Positions 35,261 through 44,618 of a DNA stretch of 55,434 nt are shown here, in pieces. The stretch is from Chlamydiota bacterium. GTDB lineage: Bacteria; Chlamydiota; Chlamydiia; Chlamydiales; SM23-39. The DNA lies in contig DAHXLK010000023.1 in assembly GCA_027366035.1 (NCBI GenBank), forward strand, positions 1-55,434, given 5' to 3'. Under the pieces are notes generated by a model, which did not search any database, was not told the origin of the DNA, and worked only from the letters and a program-made list of their open reading frames with translations. Every line of letters starts with the position of its first letter. Within the stretch, counting starts at the first letter, position 1. Position numbers and translations under genes: made by a program.

Positions 35261-37829
35261 TAAAAAGATGACGATAGGTATCTTCATTTTCCATATAACG
35301 TCGCACGACAGCTAAAGAGGGAACTCCATGTTCCCACCATTGCTCAAAAGAGTCGCCCCTTGTGGCGGAGGCTTGTGCCTGTTGTAAAGATACTTCACGA
35401 ATTTTATCGGCAAACGTCATTCCGGGAAAAAGTACTGTAAGGATTTGAAGGTATTGCAATAATCTATCAAAGTTTTCAATAACTACATTCTGTAGTATCT
35501 CTGTAATTGATTCTCCATATTCCGAAAGGTTCCATTCCAGATGTTGGTGAAAATATTCCGCCCACTGCATAGGGGAAGAATAGACATCTTCTTCTTGCAG
35601 AAAAAACGGTAATGTCCCGGCGATATAGGCCATCTTATCTACATCTGCAACCTGTGGTAAGGTTAAAAAAGGAGGCGTATTATGCCCGGTTTGAGTATCA
35701 GAGGCAACAATTTCCATGCATTGACAGTTACGAAGACGCCTGTCTTCATATACCCTTACCTGTTTCTTTATTTTATCGTATTCTTCCGGAGATAGCTCTA
35801 CGACAACTCCTAAATATTGCCTAGCTATGGGATATGGGTTCCCTGTCAACATATTACCCGTGCTCCTATTCACTAACATAGAAGAAACGGAATTATTTGA
35901 AGTAGTTAACCTTACGGGATCTACTAACAACTCCTCTGTAATCTGATCTTTAATGCCCATCTCTTGCTCATCATAAATTTTTTCTACCGTAACGTAACGC
36001 TGCATAGCCTGTGCCATTTGGGAACGAACACGCTGCAACTGATTCAGTGCGAGTGTGCAGGAAGATTTTATCCGGCTATTATCCGGCATTAATTGAGAAC
36101 ACTGCCGCACATTACGCTCTATGTACCGGACCTTCTGCTGCCAGCTGTACAGTTGTTCATGGGATAATGTATCGACATCAAGGGCATATATATCACTGCA
36201 TTCCGAAAGATCAAAAGAAGTCAATTGCATGAGTTGTTCTCTAGATATTACCGACAAGATGTGAACCCTCCTCTCTAGAGAAAGGTCATTGATAATAGAG
36301 GTAATGGCCTCTATAGAAGACTCCTGCAACACTTCAGACAATATCTCTTTGGGAAAACAGGAGATACAAGTAAAAAAATGAGGACGAAAAAAACGGGATT
36401 CTAAGGCAGCGCCAATTATTAACGAAGAAAAACCTTGTAAGGATATGGTATTTATAGGTGTATGGTCTCTATCTATACTCCGCGCTGCCAACCACAATGC
36501 CTGCGCAGCAGACATTTTCTGATTTTCAAAAAAAACATCTGATTGTAATACAGCATACTCACTCATAAGCTCTTGACGTACAGAGCTACCCCTTTTAAGG
36601 TAAGGCATAATAGCATAGAGGACAGTAGGATTTAGATAAGTATCATTGAGTGGTATGAAATCATCAGAAAAAGCAAGGACGTTATTGTTACATTTAAAAT
36701 AAAGGAGGTTAGGCATATTCCATATAGAATTAGACAACGTTTTTAATAGATTATATGAGAGATCAAGAGTCTGTAACGCATAAAGATTTGATATAAAATC
36801 GGGAAGAACTGTTAATAAGTTGTTAGAAAAATTAAATGTGTCAAGCCTAGTCAGATTGCTCATAGAACAAGGCAATTTTTTAATCTGATTGTGCGATAGA
36901 TCTAAATGATGCAACATAGCCCATCCGGACATATTCTGCGGCAGATCCGTCAATTTATTGTAAGAAAGATTCAAAATACGAAGTAGGCTCAAATGCTCCA
37001 TACTTTGAGACAAGCTAGCCAATCTATTGTGAGAAATATCTAATTTGCGTAACTTCCTAAGTTCTTTTATACTATCCGGAATTGTTTTCAGTAAGTTGTT
37101 CTTTATATTTAAAGTGTGTAGTTCAACAAGACTCCCTATCCTATTTGGTAATTGTGTTATTTTGTTTTGAGACACATCTAATACTTTAAGTGCTATAAGA
37201 TCACAAAAAGAATCCGGTAATACTTGCAATTTATTAGACGCAAGCATCAAACCCTGCAAAGAACGCAGCCCACCTAAAGTATTGGGCAAAATGCTCAGAC
37301 AGTTATCATAAGCGCTGATTTTTCGTAAATGAGAGAGCCGGCTCAAAGTATTCGGTAAAGTAATCAAATCATTCTTTTGTACTGACAAAATTTCTAAATA
37401 CGATAATTGCGAAATTTGTAGGGAGATCGAAGACAAATTATTGTTCGATAGATCTAATTCTTTTAAGGATGACAACATCCAGATTGCTTCCGGTAAAGAA
37501 TCTAATTCTAACCCTTGCAGTAGGAGGGTATCTCTGTCATTATCGTAGGCATCTAAGATAGTGTCATAGGCAATTTGGTATTTCTCCTTTTGCCCATGTG
37601 CTACAAGCCATGCATCTAAACTCTCTAAAAATCCCGGAGGATAATTCGTCTGTTCCTCGATCTCCATATTTTGCGATGACGCTGATTGAGATAAAACCTC
37701 CTGCGCTATGGCATCCACAGCCATATAACCCTCTCTTTCTGGGAATGCCTCCGGAGGAGGAATAAGAGGAGCCTCAACAGCAGGGATAAGGGTAGGAGGA
37801 GCCAAAAGCGCATCGTAAAATGGGTTCAT
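35250..37829 (-). CDS. LRR protein with IpaH/SspH-like N-cap and putative U-box-like motif (candidate E3-ligase effector)
   Basis: About 12 23-aa LxxLxLxxNxLxxLP repeats; DQITEELLVDPV motif in the C-terminal third. Confidence 0.8.
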   Translation of the reverse strand: MNPFYDALLAPPTLIPAVEAPLIPPPEAFPEREGYMAVDAIAQEVLSQSASSQNMEIEEQTNYPPGFLESLDAWLVAHGQKEKYQIAYDTILDAYDNDRDTLLLQGLELDSLPEAIWMLSSLKELDLSNNNLSSISLQISQLSYLEILSVQKNDLITLPNTLSRLSHLRKISAYDNCLSILPNTLGGLRSLQGLMLASNKLQVLPDSFCDLIALKVLDVSQNKITQLPNRIGSLVELHTLNIKNNLLKTIPDSIKELRKLRKLDISHNRLASLSQSMEHLSLLRILNLSYNKLTDLPQNMSGWAMLHHLDLSHNQIKKLPCSMSNLTRLDTFNFSNNLLTVLPDFISNLYALQTLDLSYNLLKTLSNSIWNMPNLLYFKCNNNVLAFSDDFIPLNDTYLNPTVLYAIMPYLKRGSSVRQELMSEYAVLQSDVFFENQKMSAAQALWLAARSIDRDHTPINTISLQGFSSLIIGAALESRFFRPHFFTCISCFPKEILSEVLQESSIEAITSIINDLSLERRVHILSVISREQLMQLTSFDLSECSDIYALDVDTLSHEQLYSWQQKVRYIERNVRQCSQLMPDNSRIKSSCTLALNQLQRVRSQMAQAMQRYVTVEKIYDEQEMGIKDQITEELLVDPVRLTTSNNSVSSMLVNRSTGNMLTGNPYPIARQYLGVVVELSPEEYDKIKKQVRVYEDRRLRNCQCMEIVASDTQTGHNTPPFLTLPQVADVDKMAYIAGTLPFFLQEEDVYSSPMQWAEYFHQHLEWNLSEYGESITEILQNVVIENFDRLLQYLQILTVLFPGMTFADKIREVSLQQAQASATRGDSFEQWWEHGVPSLAVVRRYMENEDTYRHLFRNC

Positions 37830-37960
37830 TAATTATCTTCTTTAGATTAACTAATATATTAATTATATATTAAATTTTTTATTTAAAATATATTTGTTTT
37901 ATACTCTATTTAAAATATTATGCTTTAAAAGATTAAAAAAGAAAACGTTTTGAGCTCTTA

Positions 37961-38087
37961 TTGGTTAAAATTTTACCCTTGCTTCCTCGTAATTTTTTAA
38001 AAGTGTCTATAACTTAGCAGGATATGTCATTTTCAAAACAATCAAACCGGCTAAAGCAAGGCTCAAATTTTAAGAGCTATGCTAAAG
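37961..38087 (+). mobile_element. Palindromic element copy 8 (both TIRs lost)
   Basis: TTGGTTAAAATTTTACCCTTGCTTCC...GGATATGTCA...GCAAGGCTCAAATTTTAA. Confidence 0.82.
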
Positions 38088-38137
38088 TGTAATAGGCAAG
38101 ACTTAATCTGACGTTTATGGTAAATTGAAAACGCTGA

Positions 38138-38455
38138 TCACGAAGTTCAGGACAGCCGCCTCCACCACCACCTCCTCCTTTTTGTATTTGCCCACCAGGT
38201 TGGTCGTGCCCTCTTCCTGACCAATGCTGTAATAACGACCCTTATATTCCTAAGTGTTCTACTGAGTTCTGCCTACCTAAATGCCCTCCATTTCAATATA
38301 CAGATCTAACCGCAGTTGTTTGTTTAACTATGATTCCTGCCACTGTTTATGCATTCTTAACGCTCATTGGAAGCTGTGTCAGTTCCTCTTGTCCTACAAA
38401 AAGTTCTCAGACCGCACCTTCTTCGGCAACATATATTGCATTTTGCATCGATTAA
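38138..38455 (+). pseudogene. Start-less Cys/Pro-rich frame followed by a TM helix (105 codons)
   Basis: Hand translation SRSSGQPPPPPPPFCICPPGWSCPLPDQCCNNDPYIPKCSTEFCLPKCPPFQYTDLTAVVCLTMIPATVYAFLTLIGSC...; preceded by an in-frame TGA. Confidence 0.55.
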
Positions 38456-38621
38456 GAGGCTGTTTCAATCTCCCATTTTGTTAAAATTGTGCCATTGTTT
38501 CCCCGGATTTGATCTTTTTAAAGGTGCCTATAAATTAGTAGGATATGTCATTTTCAAAAAAATAAAACCGGCTTTGCAAGGTTCAAATTTTTTGAGCAAA
38601 GCTAAAGATCGAAATAATCCT
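38456..38621 (+). mobile_element. Palindromic element copy 9 (full length, degenerate)
   Basis: GAGGCTGTTTCAATCT...AGATCGAAATAATCCT. Confidence 0.88.
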
Positions 38622-38723
38622 AAAAAAGAAATCGCTATATTTTTTAAAAATTCAAAAAGGTAAACTTTGACTCTTTTATCTATGAACTACTCCAGAATTT
38701 GCATTGTATAATTAAAAGGTAAT

Positions 38724-39521
38724 ATGTCTTCTTTATATACTATCCCTATTTCACCCATCATCGGCCCCTCAACTCCACAACTAGAAAAACAGTCACAACG
38801 ATCTTCCAAAACCCTATTAGAACTACCCGTCGAAGTGCTTGTAAACATCATTAGAAAAATTGGTATAAACAAATTTAAATTAAGGCAACTTTCTAAGTAT
38901 ATGAAATTTGTTGTCGATTATTCGTCGCTAGCGTACAGCATACAATCGCAGTACCTGCCCGATAAAGCTGAGATAGCGGCCCGTTTTTCAAATTATCAAC
39001 CACCTAGAATCTTCATTAATGGGAAAATTAGCATTATTGGGTTAAAAATAATCTTACAATATACTCCACAATTGACAACTCTTTCTTTAGCGTTTTGTTC
39101 CGATGAACACTTACGCATTATCAGTGAATCCGGATTAAAATCCTCTCTTCAGCGCCTAGATATATCCTGTGGCTATGACATTTCTAACGACTCAGTCAAA
39201 CATCTTATAACCCTTGTACATCTTCAAACATTTAAACTACTTAATGGTATCTCGATCACCGACAAAGCTATCCCCCACTTTACAACATTTATTCAAAATA
39301 GCCGGCTGAAGAGTTTGGACCTGTCAGGTTGCTTTATGATTTCCAATCATGGTCTTTCATATCTTCAATCATATGAAAATCTTAAAGAGTTGTTTTTGTC
39401 TTGTGTAAACAAGAGAATTACCCTAGATTTTCTTCTGAAGAAAATCCCTCAAATGAAATGGGTGCAGTTTCCGGCATTAAATAATTTATGTCAGTATTTT
39501 GTTGGCATTGTTTGCTTTTAA
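38724..39521 (+). CDS. F-box/LRR (FBXL-like) protein
   Basis: F-box LLELPVEVLVNIIRKI..LRQLSKYM; Cys-containing LRRs LQRLDISCGYDISND and LKSLDLSGCFMISN. Confidence 0.85.
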   Translation: MSSLYTIPISPIIGPSTPQLEKQSQRSSKTLLELPVEVLVNIIRKIGINKFKLRQLSKYMKFVVDYSSLAYSIQSQYLPDKAEIAARFSNYQPPRIFINGKISIIGLKIILQYTPQLTTLSLAFCSDEHLRIISESGLKSSLQRLDISCGYDISNDSVKHLITLVHLQTFKLLNGISITDKAIPHFTTFIQNSRLKSLDLSGCFMISNHGLSYLQSYENLKELFLSCVNKRITLDFLLKKIPQMKWVQFPALNNLCQYFVGIVCF

Positions 39522-39525
39522 ACTA

Positions 39526-39554
39526 TTGCATGGAATACAAACTCTTATTATAAT
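39526..39554 (+). promoter_or_regulatory. Sigma66/70 promoter for the tsaD-rpmG operon
   Basis: TTGCAT-N17-TATAAT, 13 bp upstream of the ATG at 39568. Confidence 0.7.
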
Positions 39555-39567
39555 TTATCTCCCTAGC

Positions 39568-40536
39568 ATGGTAACCCTTGGAATCGAAACTACCTGTGAT
39601 GAATCGGCAGCTGCCATTGTAAAAGATGGTAAAGAAATCCTTTCCAATATCGTCTATTCACAAGAAGAGCATAAACAGTTTGGAGGGGTCTTCCCCGAGC
39701 TTGCGAGCAGACGCCATGCCGAGCTCATTATCCCCGTTATCGATAGAGCCATTACCTCTGCAGGAATTCGGCCCAAAGAAATTGCCCTCATCGGAGTAGC
39801 TAGAGGGCCAGGGCTTATGGGATCCTTGCTTGTGGGGATAACTGCTGCAAAAGCCCTCAGCCTAGCTTGGAAAATCCCTTTTATTGGAGTGAACCACGTA
39901 GAAGCACACTTATTTGCTCCGATGATGACTGCTCCGAATGATAAAAAGTCCATAGGGGTCGTTTTATCCGGGGGGCATACCTTTTTAGTAGCCATTGAAG
40001 GAGGCTCGTACCGACTCCTCGGAACCACAGTAGATGATGCGATTGGAGAAGCCTTCGATAAGGTAGCTACCATCCTTGGCCTTGGTTACCCCGGAGGAGC
40101 TAAACTAGAAAAACTAGCGCTCCAAGGAGACCCAAATGCCGTCTCCTTTCCTTCCGGGAAAGTCAAAGGATCCCCCCTTAACTTTTCTTTTAGCGGCCTT
40201 AAAACCTCTGTTTTGTATCGAAAAAATGAGGCAAGCCCCGCCGATATTGCCGCTTCCTTTCAAAAATCTGCTTTCCTCGACGTGATAGAAAAAACCCTTC
40301 TCGCTGCCACAATCGAAGGGACAAATAGGGTCTTTTTAGGAGGAGGTGTATGCCAAAATAGCCGGTTACAAGAGATGTTTACACTTAAGGCCCCCCATTT
40401 AGAGCTCTTTTTTGCCCCACCTTATTTATGTACTGATAATGGAGCAATGATCGCAGCCTATGCTTTTTACAAATACCATGAAGGGGATACATTTGATCTT
40501 GAGGCCATGCCCCGAATGGGCTATACTATCCATTAA
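39568..40536 (+). CDS. tsaD: tRNA N6-adenosine threonylcarbamoyltransferase
   Basis: [38 protein letters not shown] and TDNGAMI motifs. Confidence 0.97.
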   Translation: MVTLGIETTCDESAAAIVKDGKEILSNIVYSQEEHKQFGGVFPELASRRHAELIIPVIDRAITSAGIRPKEIALIGVARGPGLMGSLLVGITAAKALSLAWKIPFIGVNHVEAHLFAPMMTAPNDKKSIGVVLSGGHTFLVAIEGGSYRLLGTTVDDAIGEAFDKVATILGLGYPGGAKLEKLALQGDPNAVSFPSGKVKGSPLNFSFSGLKTSVLYRKNEASPADIAASFQKSAFLDVIEKTLLAATIEGTNRVFLGGGVCQNSRLQEMFTLKAPHLELFFAPPYLCTDNGAMIAAYAFYKYHEGDTFDLEAMPRMGYTIH

Positions 40537-40547
40537 AAGGAAAAATT

Positions 40548-40709
40548 ATGGCAAAGAAAGGTCCCCGAGAAACGATCAAATTAAAAAGCACAGAAACCCA
40601 CGAGTGTTACTGGACAACAAAAAATAAGAGAAACTGCCCTGAGAGGATCGAGCTGAAAAAATTTGATAAAAAGCTGAAAAAACACGTCATTTTCAAAGAA
40701 GCAAAATAA
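40548..40709 (+). CDS. rpmG: 50S ribosomal protein L33 (53 aa, not in ORF track)
   Basis: [15 protein letters not shown]...[29 protein letters not shown]. Confidence 0.97.
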   Translation: MAKKGPRETIKLKSTETHECYWTTKNKRNCPERIELKKFDKKLKKHVIFKEAK

Positions 40710-40711
40710 CT

Positions 40712-42646
40712 TTGTTTGAATTTAGAGTAGCTCTGAAATACCTCCTTCCAAAAAGGAAGGCGATATCTACCGCCCTAATTTCCTTAATTTCAGTTGTTGT
40801 TATCTCATTAGTCGTCTGGCTTGTCTTAGTGTTTTTATCGGTTACTACCGGTATCGAAAAAACCTGGCTCAAGAAACTCACCGCCCTAAACGCTGCCCTT
40901 CGGGTGACTCCCACCGACGCCTACTTTCAATCCTACTACTACCAAATCGACCGCCTTTGTCTCTCCTCTAACTATGCTTTTAAAACGTTAGGAGAAAAGC
41001 TCACCTCTTCCACTTTAGATCCTTACGATCCTACCGTAGATCCAGAACTGCCCTTAGGCCTCCCGCAGCCGGAAGGGAAAGATTTAGTAAAAGAACTGGC
41101 TTGCGCTTTAAAGGAAATACCCGATATCGCCTTTCAAGACTATGAGATGACAGGCGCTCTAATGAGACTAGCCATGATAAAAGGAGAAAAAACCTCGTTT
41201 TTTTCGCAAATGTCCTACCTCATCTCTCTTGCTGAAAATAACCCCTATCTCTCTTCCTTGCTCCTCCCCCCAACTCTCCAAGATCTCAACCATCTTTTAT
41301 ATACCCTCTCTAAATCTCCCGCAACCTTTCAGCAAGATTCTCCCAAATACCTCCTCCCCGCTAATCAGCAGGAATTACACAACCATTTACAAGCATTTTT
41401 TGCCCATACGAAAATTTTTAAAATAAAAACACCCTCTTTCTACTCTCTGCCCGTCACCTCCCTTCCTGAAGGGGTATTTAAAGGGCAAGTATTGCGCTCA
41501 GGAATCTTGATTGCCAATGACGGAGACCATACGTTGCGAAAAGAAAAAGACGAACTGTTTCTAGAGGACAAAAAAATTGCCATCCATTCTTTACTCCTCA
41601 AAGAGCCACTTGTTTGGGAGGTAGAAAAATCTGGGACCCTTTTCCAAGCGACTTCCTTTCTCCAAGGAGAAAAAATTCAAGCCTCACTCCCCTATCAACA
41701 GGTCCAAATAGTGGAGGCGCAACCTACGACTCATTTCACCAACCCTCCCGCCATTACTCCTTTGTGGGCCTATACCTGCCAAAGAAAGGTCTTTCTGCCA
41801 GAAGGAGGGATCTTGCTTGCAAAAAGCTACCAAGATAGTGGGGTCTCTTTAGGAGATAAAGGCTATCTCTCCTACCTCGCTTCCACCGGCCTTGCTACCC
41901 AAGAGCAAAGGCAACCTTTTTCTATAGCTGGTTTTTATGATCCGGGGATCATGCCGATTGGAAATAGATGCCTCATTGTCCCCATGAATATGGCGCGGGT
42001 CATCGGCGCTGTCACCTCCTCTTTTTCTCCAGATGGCATAGCGGCAAATGGCTTTCTTATCTGGACACAGGATGCTATGAACGCCCCTAAGATTAAAAAG
42101 GAGATAGAGGAAAAATTATCCCTTTTGGGGCTTTCTCCCTACTTTACCGTTGCAACATTTAGAGATTACGAATTTTCTAAAGACCTAATGCTGCAATTTC
42201 AAAGCGATAGGACCCTATTTTCTTTAATCGCCATCCTCATCATCTTCGTCGCTTGTTGCAATATCCTCTCCCTCCTCTTCTTACTCGTTCACGATAAAAA
42301 GAGAGAAATCGCAATTTTACGTGCGATGGGGGCAAGTAAAAAAAGTATCGCCCTCATTTTCGGTGGAGCCGGAACAATCTTAGGAATGGTGAGTAGCGGC
42401 TTGGGCATTGCCTCTGCCATCTTTACCTTAAAACACTTAGACTCCTTGGTCGTCTTTTTAAGCTCTCTACAAGGCCATGCCGCCTTTCAAAAAGCATTTT
42501 TTGGAGACGCCTTACCCAACGAACTCAGCCACGAAGCCCTCCTCTTTGTCCTTATCGCGACCCCCCTTCTCGCCCTTTTTGCAGGGCTAATCCCTGCAAT
42601 CCATGCAGCCAGGTTAAAACCATCACCTATTCTAAGGTCCGAATGA
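40712..42646 (+). CDS. LolC/E (FtsX-like) ABC permease
   Basis: FRVALKYL, VFLSVTTG, KKREIAILRAMGAS and PAIHAARLKP..ILRSE motifs. Confidence 0.85.
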   Translation: MFEFRVALKYLLPKRKAISTALISLISVVVISLVVWLVLVFLSVTTGIEKTWLKKLTALNAALRVTPTDAYFQSYYYQIDRLCLSSNYAFKTLGEKLTSSTLDPYDPTVDPELPLGLPQPEGKDLVKELACALKEIPDIAFQDYEMTGALMRLAMIKGEKTSFFSQMSYLISLAENNPYLSSLLLPPTLQDLNHLLYTLSKSPATFQQDSPKYLLPANQQELHNHLQAFFAHTKIFKIKTPSFYSLPVTSLPEGVFKGQVLRSGILIANDGDHTLRKEKDELFLEDKKIAIHSLLLKEPLVWEVEKSGTLFQATSFLQGEKIQASLPYQQVQIVEAQPTTHFTNPPAITPLWAYTCQRKVFLPEGGILLAKSYQDSGVSLGDKGYLSYLASTGLATQEQRQPFSIAGFYDPGIMPIGNRCLIVPMNMARVIGAVTSSFSPDGIAANGFLIWTQDAMNAPKIKKEIEEKLSLLGLSPYFTVATFRDYEFSKDLMLQFQSDRTLFSLIAILIIFVACCNILSLLFLLVHDKKREIAILRAMGASKKSIALIFGGAGTILGMVSSGLGIASAIFTLKHLDSLVVFLSSLQGHAAFQKAFFGDALPNELSHEALLFVLIATPLLALFAGLIPAIHAARLKPSPILRSE

Positions 42647-43299
42647 TTCTAAATGCAAAAGGACTCTGCAAATCTTTTGACGGTTTGCCTGTTTTATCAG
42701 GAGTCGATCTTACCATCTTAAAAAACAGCTCAGTTGCCATCCAAGGAAGGTCCGGGGAAGGGAAGACGACCCTACTACATATTTTAGGTGGGCTAGAAGA
42801 TTTCGATGAGGGGAAATTAGAAGTCCTGGGAGAAGATATTCGAAAGACACCTATAGCGAAGCTTCGCAGCGAATCTTTTGGATTCATCTTTCAAAATTAC
42901 AACCTCCTATATGACTTTACCCTCTTAGAAAATATCGTAATGCCTGCCCGGATTGCTAGAAGGAGGATAAATAGGGCTCATTTGCACTATATAGAAGAAC
43001 TTTTGGAACAGGTAGGATTACAAGATCGGAAACATTTTCCGGTAAAGTATCTCTCAGGGGGTGAAAAACAAAGGGCCGCTATTGCAAGGGCTTTATGCAA
43101 CAAACCCGATATACTTTTTGCCGATGAGCCAACCGGAAATCTCGACTTTGAAAATGGAGAGATTATCCATAAGCTCCTTTTGGATATGGTAAGGCTCTAT
43201 CAAAAAACCCTCCTTTTAGTGACCCATGAAGAGTCCTTTGCTAGATCGTGCGATCAATGCTATACTCTATCTAAAAATATCCTCACATGCGAATTCTAA
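42643..43299 (+). CDS. lolD: ABC transporter ATPase, LolD-like
   Basis: GRSGEGKT, GFIFQ, LSGGEKQR and ADEPTGNLD motifs. Confidence 0.85.
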   Translation: MILNAKGLCKSFDGLPVLSGVDLTILKNSSVAIQGRSGEGKTTLLHILGGLEDFDEGKLEVLGEDIRKTPIAKLRSESFGFIFQNYNLLYDFTLLENIVMPARIARRRINRAHLHYIEELLEQVGLQDRKHFPVKYLSGGEKQRAAIARALCNKPDILFADEPTGNLDFENGEIIHKLLLDMVRLYQKTLLLVTHEESFARSCDQCYTLSKNILTCEF

Positions 43300-44618
43300 T
43301 CATCGGAACAGGTTATGTCGGCCTAGTAACAGGAGCTTGCTTTGCTGAAATGGGCCATCTCGTTACCTGCTTGGATATTAACGAAGAAAAAATCCGCCTG
43401 CTGCAGCAAGGAAAGATCCCTATCTATGAACCGGGTTTGGAAGAACTCATAACTAGAAACTATGGGCATAGACTCTTTTTCACTACCGATTACCCAAGTG
43501 GAATTAAGGAAAATAAAATTATTTTTATTGCCGTCTCGACCCCATCATTAGAAGATGGTAAATGCGATACCGGCTATATCGAAAAGGTAGCTATTGAAAT
43601 CGGAAAAGAGATTGACTCTTATCGACTCATCGTCAATAAATCAACCGCTCCCATAGGGACTACCACTTTTATCGAAAGGATTATTCAAGATAAACTCCAA
43701 CAAAGAGGGCTTACTACCACTTTTGATATCGCCTCCAATCCGGAATTTTTAAAAGAGGGGTCGGCGATTTATGATTGTATGAAACCCGACAGGATTGTCA
43801 TAGGGACAAAAACCGCTAAAGCAACCACCCTCCTTCGAGAAATTTATGCCCCTTTTTTACTCAACCATGACCGTATCCTTTCAATGGACATCGCCTCTTC
43901 CGAGATGACCAAATATGCAGCGAATGCAATGCTAGCTACTAGGATCTCTTTTATGAACGAAATGGCTTGCATTTGTGAGAAAATAGGGGCCAATATCCAC
44001 CATGTACGCCAAGGGATTGGCTCTGATAGCCGGATAGGGTACAGCTTTCTCTATGCAGGCGTCGGCTATGGAGGCTCCTGTTTCCCTAAAGATGTAAAAG
44101 CTTTAATCTTCCTCGCCAAAGAAAAAGGTTATGAACCTACCCTCCTTCAGGTGGTAGAAGAGATCAATTATAGGCAAAAAAAGTGGTTGTCACAAACTAT
44201 TTATAATTACTTCTCTTCAAGAGGAGGGTTGAAAGGAAAGACAATTGCCGTCTGGGGCCTTTCCTTCAAACCCGATACCGATGATATTCGAGAAGCCCCA
44301 TCGCTTACTCTGATCCGCGAACTCCACGCGGAGGGGGCAATTTTAAAACTCTACGACCCTGTCGCTATGAAAAATACCCGTAATATTTTTTCAGGATGGG
44401 ATAACCTCTTCTTTTGCCAAAATGAAAGGGATGCAGCTATTGGAGCCGATGCGATTGCCTTAGTCACGGAATGGAAACAGTTTCGCAATGTAGATTTCGA
44501 AAAACTCCTTCCTAATATGAAAGGGCGGGCGTTATTCGATGGGAGAAATCAATACCGTTCGTTAGAGATGCAAGAAAAAGGATGGGATTATTTTGGCGTT
44601 GGCATCCCTAGAACATAG
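43287..44618 (+). CDS. ugd: UDP-glucose 6-dehydrogenase
   Basis: GTGYVG, NPEFLKEG, GYGGSCFPKD and FKPDTDDIRE motifs. Confidence 0.95.
   Translation: MRILIIGTGYVGLVTGACFAEMGHLVTCLDINEEKIRLLQQGKIPIYEPGLEELITRNYGHRLFFTTDYPSGIKENKIIFIAVSTPSLEDGKCDTGYIEKVAIEIGKEIDSYRLIVNKSTAPIGTTTFIERIIQDKLQQRGLTTTFDIASNPEFLKEGSAIYDCMKPDRIVIGTKTAKATTLLREIYAPFLLNHDRILSMDIASSEMTKYAANAMLATRISFMNEMACICEKIGANIHHVRQGIGSDSRIGYSFLYAGVGYGGSCFPKDVKALIFLAKEKGYEPTLLQVVEEINYRQKKWLSQTIYNYFSSRGGLKGKTIAVWGLSFKPDTDDIREAPSLTLIRELHAEGAILKLYDPVAMKNTRNIFSGWDNLFFCQNERDAAIGADAIALVTEWKQFRNVDFEKLLPNMKGRALFDGRNQYRSLEMQEKGWDYFGVGIPRT

Noticed and set aside
37850-37920. AT-only imperfect palindromes as an origin or operator
   Set aside because: Low complexity; such pairing is expected by chance at this AT content.
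38281-38484. 67-aa Cys-containing ORF
   Set aside because: It is an alternative frame over the more protein-like frame 38138-38455 and runs into element copy 9.
712-38621. The dispersed repeat as a CRISPR array
   Set aside because: Copies are ~165 bp, kilobases apart and in both orientations, with no spacers and no cas genes.
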